A stretch of DNA of 64,000 bases from Candidatus Krumholzibacteriales bacterium (GTDB lineage Bacteria; Krumholzibacteriota; Krumholzibacteriia; Krumholzibacteriales; WJIX01): the NCBI GenBank assembly GCA_046483305.1, contig JAWODM010000034.1, positions 27,997-91,996 on the forward strand, read 5' to 3'. This document shows, one piece after another, positions 1 through 8,309 of the stretch. The notes beneath the pieces were generated by a model that made no database searches, was not told the origin of the DNA, and worked only from the letters and a program-made list of their open reading frames with translations. The position numbers and the translations under genes were made by a program. Positions within the stretch are counted from its first letter, which is position 1, and every line of letters starts with the position of its first letter.

Positions 1-2
1 CG

Positions 3-113
3 CCGCTGTATAATACCTACCGCGAGGTCAGAGAGGTTGTCCGTTTTATAAAGGAGATAATAGACAGCGGCGAATATAAGTCGGTTTCTCCGGAGAGAAA
101 AATCATAAGCTGA
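3..113 (+). CDS. 3' end of an upstream gene cut by the window edge (37 codons ending ...ERKIIS); product unknown
   Basis: Open frame from the window start to TGA at 111-113. No recognisable motif. Confidence 0.3.
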   Translation, partial: PLYNTYREVREVVRFIKEIIDSGEYKSVSPERKIIS

Positions 114-151
114 GAACGGAAATTCCTCTCAGGATCGTCCGCGAATTATAG

Positions 152-179
152 TTGACATTTTTCGATATAAGTGTAAATT
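152..179 (+). promoter_or_regulatory. putative sigma70-type promoter for the hdr-mvh operon (TTGACA, 16 nt spacer, TAAATT)
   Basis: TTGACA at 152-157 and TAAATT at 174-179, about 60 nt upstream of the hdrC start in an AT-rich leader. Confidence 0.3.
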
Positions 180-241
180 TCATAATACTTTTATTGTTAT
201 GGTTGTTTAACTGGATCCAGAGATGAGAGGTTAGTGGTTAA

Positions 242-820
242 ATGCTTGAAAATGAAGTATGTTACGAAGCCACTCTCGATCATGATTTCCTTGGTGAGAT
301 CTATTCCCTTCCGGGCGGGGAACAGATAAAGAGGTGTATCCAGTGCGGATCCTGCAGCGGATCCTGTCCGCAGGCCTGTCAGATGGACCATGCTCCGAGA
401 AAGATTTTTTCTCTGATAAGAGCCGGGTTCAGGGATGAAGTGCTGAAATCCGACACCATCTGGCTCTGTTCATCCTGCTATGCGTGCGCTGTGAGATGCC
501 CAAAGGAGATCAAGATCACCGATGTGATGTACGCCCTCAAGAGGCTTGCCATAAAGGAAGGGAAAGCGGAAAAAGGGAAAAAGGCGGCCGTTCTGTCAAA
601 GAACTTCGTCCGGCTGGTCAATAAATACGGGCGTAATCACGAGACGGAATTGATGACAAGATACATTATCCAGGCTGAACTTTTTAACGCTCTGCACTTT
701 GTTCCGCAGGGAATGAGACTGATGATGAATGGCCGGCTGCCCATAATGCCCCACAAAATCAAGAATCTCGATCAGCTGAGGAAGATAATCAAGAAAGTCG
801 AAGAGCTGGGGGAGATATAG
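242..820 (+). CDS. hdrC: heterodisulfide reductase subunit C-like iron-sulfur protein
   Basis: Two 4Fe-4S ferredoxin-type Cys motifs (CIQCGSCSGSCP, CSSCYACAVRCP). First gene of an hdrCBA-mvhDGA arrangement. Confidence 0.75.
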   Translation: MLENEVCYEATLDHDFLGEIYSLPGGEQIKRCIQCGSCSGSCPQACQMDHAPRKIFSLIRAGFRDEVLKSDTIWLCSSCYACAVRCPKEIKITDVMYALKRLAIKEGKAEKGKKAAVLSKNFVRLVNKYGRNHETELMTRYIIQAELFNALHFVPQGMRLMMNGRLPIMPHKIKNLDQLRKIIKKVEELGEI

Positions 821-1696
821 ATGAAATATACTTATTATCCGGGCTGTTCGGTTACCGCAACGGCCAATCTTTACCAGGAATCGATAGATGCCATAGCGCC
901 TTCTCTGGGGCTGGAGCTCGAGGAGCTTGAGGATTGGAACTGCTGCGGGGCCACCGCCTATATGTCTGTCAGGGAACTGATGAGTTTCGCGATCTCCGCC
1001 CGGAACCTTGCGCTGGCGGAAAGGTTTCACCGCGATATGGTGACTCCCTGCAGCGCCTGCTATCTGGTTCTTAATAAGACCAATCATTACTTCGAGGACT
1101 ACCCCGACATGAGAAAGAAGATCGGTCAGGCGCTGGAAGCGGGAGGACTGAGCTACAGCGGAAATATCAGGGTAAGGCATATACTGGACGTTATTGTGAA
1201 TGACGTAGGAATGGAGAAGATCTCTTCCCTGGTCACCAGGAACCTGGAGGAGCTGAGAGTAGCTCCTTATTACGGGTGTCAGATAGTCAGGCCGGAAATG
1301 GGTTTTGACGATCCGGATGAACCGGAGTCGATGGATATCCTTATCGAAACCCTTGGCGCAGAAACAGTCGATTATTCGATGAAGACAAAATGCTGCGGAG
1401 CCTCGTTGATGGGAACAGAAGAGAAGATGGCCCTGGGCCTCTGCAGGGATCTGTTAATGGATGCTGAGAAGAAGGGCGCCCACTGCATAATCACACTCTG
1501 CCCGCTTTGCCAGATGAATCTGGATATCTATCAGCCGAAGGTGAATACACTCTTCAAGACAGATTTCAAGATTCCGGTTATCTATTTCACCCAGCTGATA
1601 GGACTTGCCATGGGCAAATCGGCCGAAGAGCTGGGGATGAAGCGGCTGGGAGTTAAAGTATCAGGAGAAATGAAAAGAATCATTGAGGGAGCGTAA
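821..1696 (+). CDS. hdrB: heterodisulfide reductase subunit B-like protein (two CCG domains)
   Basis: Duplicated Cys-rich CCG-domain motifs (CCGATAY...CSACY and CCGASL...CPLCQ). Lies between hdrC and hdrA. Confidence 0.75.
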   Translation: MKYTYYPGCSVTATANLYQESIDAIAPSLGLELEELEDWNCCGATAYMSVRELMSFAISARNLALAERFHRDMVTPCSACYLVLNKTNHYFEDYPDMRKKIGQALEAGGLSYSGNIRVRHILDVIVNDVGMEKISSLVTRNLEELRVAPYYGCQIVRPEMGFDDPDEPESMDILIETLGAETVDYSMKTKCCGASLMGTEEKMALGLCRDLLMDAEKKGAHCIITLCPLCQMNLDIYQPKVNTLFKTDFKIPVIYFTQLIGLAMGKSAEELGMKRLGVKVSGEMKRIIEGA

Positions 1697-3683
1697 AATG
1701 GCTGTACGCATAGGTGTTTACATCTGCCATTGCGGAACCAATATCGCCGGTAAGGTCGATATAGACGAGGTCGTCGAGTTTACCAGAGGCCTCGAAAATG
1801 TTTCGCTGGTTAAAGACTACAAATTCATGTGTTCTGATCCCGGGCAGGCCCTCCTTCAGAAAGACGTCGAGGATGGCCTGATCGACAGAGTGGTGGTTGC
1901 ATCGTGTTCTCCCCTGATGCATGAGAACACATTCCGGAAGGCAACTGAACGGGGCGGGCTCAATCCGTATTTATTTACCATGGCCAATATAAGGGAGCAG
2001 TGCTCCTGGGTGCACCTGGACCCGGGCCAGACTACCCGGAAGGCCAAGGACCTGATCGCGGCGGCGGTCAGAAGGGCCTTCCTGCTGGAGCCTCTTGCCA
2101 GGAGAGAAGTGCCGATCAACCCGCAGACCCTGGTAATAGGGGGAGGGATTGCCGGCATACAGGCGGCCCTGGACCTTGCCGAGGCCGGTAAGAAGGTTGT
2201 TCTGGTTGAGAAAGAGCCCTCCATAGGGGGGCATATGGCAAAATTCGATAAGACCTTTCCCACTCTTGACTGCTCGGCCTGTATCCTGACGCCCAGGATG
2301 GTATCGGTCGGCCAGCACCCCAACATAGAACTGATGACATATTCCGAGATTGAGGAAATCGGAGGGTATGTCGGGAATTTCAACGTAAAGGTCAGGAAGA
2401 AAGCCAGGTATGTCGACGCCGACCTTTGTAACGGGTGCGGCGCGTGCTGGGAGAAATGCCCCGGGACCAGAGTCCCGAGAAAAGGGAATGTGCACGAAAA
2501 ATTATCGCTGGGGCCGACCACTTCGATATATATGCCGTTCATGCAGGCGGTCCCCGCCATTCCGGTCATTGACCCTGAGACCTGTCTGTACCTCAAGGAC
2601 GATCAGCATAAATGCGGGCTCTGCGCCAAGGAATGCGAGAGGGACGCCATCAGATACGACATGAAGGATGAGATGGTGGAGTTTGAAGTGGGGAATATCA
2701 TAATGGCCACGGGGTTCCAGACCTTCGACCCGGCCAGGATAACGCGTTACGGGTACGGAAGGATGGATAACGTGCTTACAGCCCTCCAGTTCGAGATAAT
2801 GAACTGCGCCTCCGCATCCACCGGGGGAAAGATACAGATGGCGGACGGGAGCGAGCCGGAATCGATAGGTATTATACACTGTGTGGGGAGCAGGGATGAA
2901 AACTATCATGAATACTGCTCCAGGGTCTGCTGCATGTACTCTCTCAAATACTCCCACCTGATCAAGGAAAAGACCAACGCCGAAGTTTACCAGTTCTATA
3001 TTGATATGAGGTGTTTCGGTAAAGGTTACGAGGAGTTCTACGACAGGCTCCTCACCGAGGATGTCAGGTTCGTAAGAGGTAAGGTCGCGGAGGTAACCGA
3101 TTTCGCGCTCGATGAGGCTGAGGAGGGTAAACTGATTGTGAGAGTTGAAGATACCCTTCTGGGAACTGTCAGGAGGGTGCCGCTGGATATGGTGATTCTG
3201 AGTACCGGCCTGGAAGGGCATGATTCCCTTCCTGAAATTGCCAATAAATGCAACGTGTCGGTGGGCAGCGACGGTTTCGTGATAGAAAAACACCCCAAGC
3301 TGGGCCCGGTAGCCACAGCCACCGATGGGGTGTTCATTGCGGGGGCCTGCCAGTCTCCCAAAGACATACCGGATACGGTGGCTCAGGCGTCAGCTGCCTC
3401 CAGCGCGGTGCTTTCCATGATCACCAGAGAGAAGATAGAGATAGAAGCGGCCACCGCCGAAGTTGACGAGGATAAATGCTCAGGGTGCAAGCTCTGCAAT
3501 ACCCTCTGTCCGTATCTTGCGGTGAAGTACGATGAAGAGAAGGGTGTGTCGGTGGTTAACGAAGCGCTCTGCAAGGGTTGCGGAACATGCGTCGCCGGTT
3601 GTCCCAGCGGGGCGATCTCGGCGAAGCATTTTGAGGACAGGCAGATTTTTGCCGAGATAGAAGGTATTTTTTCAGGGTTATAA
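1683..3683 (+). CDS. hdrA: heterodisulfide reductase subunit A-like FAD/iron-sulfur oxidoreductase
   Basis: N-terminal Cys cluster, FAD-binding GGGIAG motif, internal and C-terminal 4Fe-4S CxxCxxCxxxCP motifs, 666 aa. No in-frame TGA, so this is a Cys-type HdrA. Confidence 0.85.
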   Translation: MRERKMAVRIGVYICHCGTNIAGKVDIDEVVEFTRGLENVSLVKDYKFMCSDPGQALLQKDVEDGLIDRVVVASCSPLMHENTFRKATERGGLNPYLFTMANIREQCSWVHLDPGQTTRKAKDLIAAAVRRAFLLEPLARREVPINPQTLVIGGGIAGIQAALDLAEAGKKVVLVEKEPSIGGHMAKFDKTFPTLDCSACILTPRMVSVGQHPNIELMTYSEIEEIGGYVGNFNVKVRKKARYVDADLCNGCGACWEKCPGTRVPRKGNVHEKLSLGPTTSIYMPFMQAVPAIPVIDPETCLYLKDDQHKCGLCAKECERDAIRYDMKDEMVEFEVGNIIMATGFQTFDPARITRYGYGRMDNVLTALQFEIMNCASASTGGKIQMADGSEPESIGIIHCVGSRDENYHEYCSRVCCMYSLKYSHLIKEKTNAEVYQFYIDMRCFGKGYEEFYDRLLTEDVRFVRGKVAEVTDFALDEAEEGKLIVRVEDTLLGTVRRVPLDMVILSTGLEGHDSLPEIANKCNVSVGSDGFVIEKHPKLGPVATATDGVFIAGACQSPKDIPDTVAQASAASSAVLSMITREKIEIEAATAEVDEDKCSGCKLCNTLCPYLAVKYDEEKGVSVVNEALCKGCGTCVAGCPSGAISAKHFEDRQIFAEIEGIFSGL

Positions 3684-3713
3684 TACTGTTTCCAAGCCGA
3701 AGGGATAACGGAA

Positions 3714-4202
3714 ATGTCGTTTGAACCGAAGATAGTTGGTTTCCTTTGCAACTGGTGTTCCTACACCGGCGCTGACCTGGCGGGAACATCGAGAATAAAA
3801 TATTCACCCAATATACGTTCGATAAGGGTGATGTGCAGTGGAAGGATCGAACCGACTTTTATAGTTAAAGCTTTATATGAGGGCGCCGACGGGGTGCTGA
3901 TCGCGGGGTGCCATCCCGGCGATTGTCACTACCAGGAAGGCAATTATAAAGCGTTGAGAAGATACAGAATGCTGAGAAGGATACTTCCCGGTTTCGGGAT
4001 TGAGCCGGAGAGAGTCAGGCTGGAGTGGGTGGCCGCCTCTGAAGGAGAGAGATTCGCCAATGTAGTGGATGAGTTCACCAAACAGATAAGGGAGCTGGGC
4101 CCCCTGAAACTGCGCGACTCATTGGAAAAGGTCCTCAGTGAAGACCTGATCCCGGACCTGGAGGAAGCAACAACAGAAGGCGGTGACGCCAATGAGGCTT
4201 AA
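3714..4202 (+). CDS. mvhD: MvhD-like methyl-viologen-reducing hydrogenase delta subunit
   Basis: Small Cys-rich protein (CNWCSY...CSGRI...GCHPGDCHY) of the MvhD/FlpD family, between hdrA and the hydrogenase small subunit. Confidence 0.7.
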   Translation: MSFEPKIVGFLCNWCSYTGADLAGTSRIKYSPNIRSIRVMCSGRIEPTFIVKALYEGADGVLIAGCHPGDCHYQEGNYKALRRYRMLRRILPGFGIEPERVRLEWVAASEGERFANVVDEFTKQIRELGPLKLRDSLEKVLSEDLIPDLEEATTEGGDANEA

Positions 4203-5145
4203 GACTGGAATCTACTGGGGCGCGGGATGCGGAGGCTGCGATGTCGCGGTGCTGGACGTCCACGAGAAAATACTGCTGGTGGCGGAGAAGATGGAGCTCT
4301 TGTTCTGGCCGATAGCCATGGATTTCAAGTACGAAGATGTGGAGGCGATGGATGATGGGGAATTCGATATAGTTATGTATAACGGGGCGATCAGAAATTC
4401 CGAGAATGAGGAAATAGCCAGACTGCTGAGAAAAAAGTCAAAAACCATGATAGCTCTCGGAGCGTGCGCCCATCTGGGCGGGCTGATAGCGATGGCCAAT
4501 TTTCACAGCAGGGATTCCATCCTGAACAGAGTTTACCTGGAGACCGAATCGACAGACAATCCTGATTCGGTTATGCCCAGGGAAAAGTGGGAAAACGAAG
4601 GCGAAGAACTGGAACTGCCATTTTTTCACCATACCGTCAAGACACTTGATCAGGTAGTGGATGTCGATTATTACATACCGGGATGCCCTCCCGTTCCGGA
4701 CCAGATAGTTTCAGCGCTGGTTCAGGTCTGGGAAGGCAAGCTCCCTGAAAAGGGTTCGGTAATAGGAGCGGGAGAGAAGACTCTGTGCGATGAATGCCCC
4801 AGGGAAAAGGAAGAGAAATCCATAACCGAGTTCAAGCGTCCGGTGGAAATGATTCCGGAACCTGAAAAATGCCTTCTGGAACAGGGCTTTCTATGCCTGG
4901 GGCCGGTAACCAGAGAAGGGTGCGGAGCCAGATGCATAAATTCCAATGTCCCCTGCAGGGGATGTTACGGTCCTCTGGAAGAGGTCAGCGATCAGGGCAT
5001 GCGTATGCTGAGCGCCCTGGCATCGGTTCTTGAACCGAAGGAAGAAAAGAAGATAGACGAACTTATCAGCCAGCTCCCCGATCCTCTTAGAACGTTTTAC
5101 AGGTTCAGTGCGGCTGCTTCCATACTGAGGAGGAAAAAAGTATGA
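4183..5145 (+). CDS. mvhG: [NiFe] hydrogenase small subunit (MvhG-type, F420-non-reducing)
   Basis: N-terminal GCGGC proximal-cluster motif and C-terminal Cys motifs. Its stop overlaps the large-subunit start (ATGA). Confidence 0.8.
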   Translation: MTPMRLKTGIYWGAGCGGCDVAVLDVHEKILLVAEKMELLFWPIAMDFKYEDVEAMDDGEFDIVMYNGAIRNSENEEIARLLRKKSKTMIALGACAHLGGLIAMANFHSRDSILNRVYLETESTDNPDSVMPREKWENEGEELELPFFHHTVKTLDQVVDVDYYIPGCPPVPDQIVSALVQVWEGKLPEKGSVIGAGEKTLCDECPREKEEKSITEFKRPVEMIPEPEKCLLEQGFLCLGPVTREGCGARCINSNVPCRGCYGPLEEVSDQGMRMLSALASVLEPKEEKKIDELISQLPDPLRTFYRFSAAASILRRKKV

Positions 5146-6602
5146 GGCGCGTAGAGATTGACCCAATCACCAGGTTGGAAGGACACGGCAAGATTTCTAT
5201 TTTTATAGATGACGACGGTTCAGTCAGTAACGCTTATCTCCAGATCCCGGAGCTGCGCGGGTTCGAGAAATTCGTAGAAGGCCTTCCGGTAGAGGAAATT
5301 CCCAGGATTATGCCCAGAATATGCGGAGTCTGTCCAGCCGCTCATCACATGGCTGCGGGCAAGGCGGTAGACGCTGTTTATGGCCTGGATATACCGCCGG
5401 TGGCAAAGAAGCTCCGCGAGCTCTATTATATGGCTCACTTCATTCACAGCCATGCGGCGCATTTCTATGCGCTGGCCGCTCCCGATTTCGTGGTAGGCCC
5501 GGATGCCCCCAAGGCTTCCAGGAACGTTCTGGGGCTTATCGAGAAGGTGGGCCTTGAAATAGGCAAGAAGGTCATCAGGCAGAGGGCTGTCTCCCAGGAT
5601 ATCCAGATCATGGTGGGGGGCAGGGCCACCCATCCGGTATGGAATATCCCCGGCGGAGTGACCAGGGCTCTCTCCGAAGAAAACAGGGATAAGGTAAAGG
5701 AGCTGGCGGAGGGCCAGCTGGAGTTCGGTCTGTTCGGCCTGAAGCTCTTTGACGACGTGGTTCTGAAGAACCAGGAGTACCTGGATCTGGTTACCGGCGA
5801 CGTCTTTGATCAGGTAACCAATTACATGGGCCTGGTGGATGAGAATAACAAGGTTAATTTCTACCATGGCAGGGTCAGAGTGGTGGATCACGAGGGCAAC
5901 GAGATAATCAAGTATTCCGAACCGGAGTATCTGGAACATATCGCCGAACATGTGGAGCCTTATTCATATCTTAAGTTCCCCTATCTGAAACAGCGGGGCT
6001 GGAACGGTTTCGTGGAGGGGGCCGGGACCTCCCTGTACCAGGCCAATCCCCTGCCCAGGCTTAACGCCTCCGATGGGATGGCTACTCCCAGGGCTCAGGA
6101 ACAGTACGAAAAGATGTACGATACCCTGGGCGGGAAGCCGTGCCACAAGCTGATGGTGAACCACTGGGCAAGATTGATAGAGATTGTATACGCCGCGGAG
6201 CGGATGGTGGAACTGATCAACGATGAAGAGATAACCGATCCCAACGTCAGGGTAATACCTTCCACCACTCCCAGAGAGGGCGTGGGTATTGTGGAAGCTC
6301 CAAGAGGAACCCTGACCCACCATTACTGGACCGATGAAAACGGAATAGTAACCAGAGCTAACCTTATCGTGGGAACCACCAACAATAATGCCTCTATTTC
6401 CATGGCGATCAAGAAGGCGGCTGAAAAACTTATCAAACCGGGAGGAGAAGTCTCTGACGGCCTGCTCAACATGGTAGAGATGGCTTTCAGGCTCTATGAC
6501 CCCTGCTTCAGCTGCGCCACACATTCACTCCCCGGCCAGATGCCCATGGTTGTGGAGATAAGGTCCCGCCAGGGAGAGATCCTTAATAGAATTTCCAGGT
6601 AG
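5142..6602 (+). CDS. mvhA: [NiFe] hydrogenase large subunit (MvhA-type)
   Basis: N-terminal RICGVC and C-terminal DPCFSCATH nickel-binding motifs; 486 aa. Confidence 0.9.
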   Translation: MRRVEIDPITRLEGHGKISIFIDDDGSVSNAYLQIPELRGFEKFVEGLPVEEIPRIMPRICGVCPAAHHMAAGKAVDAVYGLDIPPVAKKLRELYYMAHFIHSHAAHFYALAAPDFVVGPDAPKASRNVLGLIEKVGLEIGKKVIRQRAVSQDIQIMVGGRATHPVWNIPGGVTRALSEENRDKVKELAEGQLEFGLFGLKLFDDVVLKNQEYLDLVTGDVFDQVTNYMGLVDENNKVNFYHGRVRVVDHEGNEIIKYSEPEYLEHIAEHVEPYSYLKFPYLKQRGWNGFVEGAGTSLYQANPLPRLNASDGMATPRAQEQYEKMYDTLGGKPCHKLMVNHWARLIEIVYAAERMVELINDEEITDPNVRVIPSTTPREGVGIVEAPRGTLTHHYWTDENGIVTRANLIVGTTNNNASISMAIKKAAEKLIKPGGEVSDGLLNMVEMAFRLYDPCFSCATHSLPGQMPMVVEIRSRQGEILNRISR

Positions 6603-6629
6603 CCGGGTTATGTCTCGGGAGAAATCCAG

Positions 6630-7136
6630 ATGAGTACAGTTATTATCGGGCTTGGAAACACTATCCTGTCTGATGACGGGGCGGGTATTTACGCCGCCCG
6701 GGAATTGAGAGAAAAACTGGATTCCTCCTTCAATATCATGGAAGCGGAGCTGGCCGGGCTGGATCTGATGGAGATGATGAAGGATTATGACCGCGCGGTC
6801 ATAATAGATGCGATCAAACTGGACGGGGAAGAGCCGGGCACCGTATTCAAACTCAGAAACGATGATATCAGAATAACTCCCAGGCTGGCTTCCTGTCATG
6901 ATGTCGACCTGGTTACAGCGATAGCCCTGGGAAGGCGGCTCGGCCTGAAGATGCCTGATGAGGTAATCATTTATGCGGTGCAGGGCGGGGATGTTCTGAC
7001 CCTGAACGAAGGCTGCACCGAGCCGGTGGAGAGGGTTATTCCAGATCTGGTTGATGAAATAGCCGGGACTCTGACCGGGAAGCGGCACCGGCGGATATCC
7101 ATACCCCTTGAAGAAAGAAGCAACAGGGATGCATGA
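6630..7136 (+). CDS. hydrogenase maturation endopeptidase (HycI/HoxW family)
   Basis: GLGNxxxxDDGxG N-terminal motif, about 165 aa, directly downstream of the large subunit. Confidence 0.8.
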   Translation: MSTVIIGLGNTILSDDGAGIYAARELREKLDSSFNIMEAELAGLDLMEMMKDYDRAVIIDAIKLDGEEPGTVFKLRNDDIRITPRLASCHDVDLVTAIALGRRLGLKMPDEVIIYAVQGGDVLTLNEGCTEPVERVIPDLVDEIAGTLTGKRHRRISIPLEERSNRDA

Positions 7137-7485
7137 AGTTTCTCTTATGCAGAACGTAATCTCAGTGGTAACTGAAACCGCTGAGCGGCAGGGAGGGGGC
7201 AGGGTAAGTTCAATCCATCTTAAAATAGGTAAAATGGCAGGGGTTAATATCGATTCTCTCAGGTTTGCGTTCGATATCATCTCAAAAGGTACCGTCGCCG
7301 AAGACGGCAGGCTTGAGGTCGAGCATGTCCCGCTGAAACTGAGCTGCGGCGGCTGCGGAAAAGAATTCAGCCCTGACCAGTTTTCTCTGATATGCCCTTA
7401 TTGCGGCGGCAAGAATATAGATATCGTTTCCGGCAGGGAGATGCAGGTGGATTACATCATGATGGAAGATGAAGAAGAGAGATAG
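7129..7485 (+). CDS. hypA: hydrogenase nickel-insertion protein HypA
   Basis: MHEVSL N-terminus and two C-terminal CxxC pairs (CGGCG, CPYCGG). The track ORF begins at 7108, but the canonical MHE start is at 7129. Confidence 0.8.
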   Translation: MHEVSLMQNVISVVTETAERQGGGRVSSIHLKIGKMAGVNIDSLRFAFDIISKGTVAEDGRLEVEHVPLKLSCGGCGKEFSPDQFSLICPYCGGKNIDIVSGREMQVDYIMMEDEEER

Positions 7486-7544
7486 ATATAACACGAGATT
7501 ATATTCTATTAATTTAACATCCCCGTTTAACTTCCCCGCCAGGC

Positions 7545-7574
7545 TTGACTTTTCGGCCTGCCTTATGTTATAAT
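7545..7574 (+). promoter_or_regulatory. near-consensus sigma70 promoter (TTGACT, 18 nt spacer, TATAAT) with no obvious plus-strand coding target
   Basis: TTGACT at 7545-7550 and TATAAT at 7569-7574. Downstream plus strand has no long ORF before the minus-strand P-II gene. Confidence 0.35.
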
Positions 7575-7819
7575 AATAAACGGATTAAGGCCTTGCCGTA
7601 ATAGAAAACCATTAATATTCACGGATCCGCGGCAGGGTTCAGCAGCTTAGCTTTATCGCATATCTCATTTGGTTAGACGGTAATCCCCTGTAAGAACAAG
7701 ACTGTTATTCGATGAACTCTGTCCCCCAAAGAGCAGGTATGTTTAATAAGTATTTTCGGCGCTGCCGGCATCCCCGCGACTTGCCGGGGCGCTTCGCAGT
7801 CCCTGGCCAGAGTGACTGC

Positions 7820-7904
7820 GAAAAACCCGGAATCTGTCCCCGCCGCGTCCCGTGATGACCATGAGAATCCATCCCAGATATATTATTAAGCGGCGGGGAC
7901 AGAT
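7820..7904 (-). terminator. long GC-rich inverted repeat followed by a U-run on the minus strand; candidate terminator of the RND efflux operon
   Basis: Perfect 15 bp arms ATCTGTCCCCGCCGC (7832-7846) and GCGGCGGGGACAGAT (7890-7904). On the minus strand a GGGUUUUU tract follows. The 43 nt loop is atypically long. Confidence 0.3.
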
Positions 7905-7976
7905 GACGGAAAGACCGGTTCCTTTAAATTTCTTTGAAGTACCACTGGTTGGGCCTGTATTTGAATATTGAGCTGC

Positions 7977-8267
7977 TCAGACGGATTCCTCTACCGGAAG
8001 AAGGAACGCCTTAACCCCCGCATCCATGAATTCTTCCTTCAGCTGCCTGATCTTTTCAAGCAGCTGTGTTGCCCTTTCATCCTCGCATACCATCATGATC
8101 AAAGAATTGGTGGAGGGCCAGATATGAGTCCCCATATGGGGGTCCGAGTGCTCCCCCCTGCCGTGCAGGCCCTGAATCCTGGTGAACTTCTCCGCTCCGC
8201 ATTCTTTCATGCATTCCCGGACCTCTTCTTCTATGGAAGCGTTGTATATGAATATTACCATTTTCAT
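7977..8267 (-). CDS. P-II-like (GlnB-fold) small protein at the end of the RND efflux operon
   Basis: 96 aa with a P-II-like alternating hydrophobic/charged pattern, last gene of the efflux operon. Family assignment is from recall. Confidence 0.45.
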   Translation of the reverse strand: MKMVIFIYNASIEEEVRECMKECGAEKFTRIQGLHGRGEHSDPHMGTHIWPSTNSLIMMVCEDERATQLLEKIRQLKEEFMDAGVKAFLLPVEESV

Positions 8268-8309
8268 TATTTGGACCCTCCCGGCGATAATTGACCTGAA
8301 TTCCCGATT

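Noticed and set aside
1856-3293. Long minus-strand ORFs (246, 174 and 263 aa) overlapping hdrA
   Set aside because: Low-complexity Pro/Arg/Gly-rich translations typical of antisense frames in GC-rich coding DNA. The plus-strand hdrA frame has clear cofactor motifs.
7712-7855. 47-codon Arg/Pro-rich ORF on the plus strand of the intergenic region
   Set aside because: No ribosome-binding site and a composition typical of chance frames in GC-rich hairpin sequence.
7575-7960. tRNA, tmRNA, RNase P or SRP RNA in the structured intergenic region
   Set aside because: No canonical T-loop (GGTTCGAATCC-like), acceptor-stem/CCA, RNase P P4 or SRP domain IV motifs could be found by eye. Left as an uncharacterised structured region.
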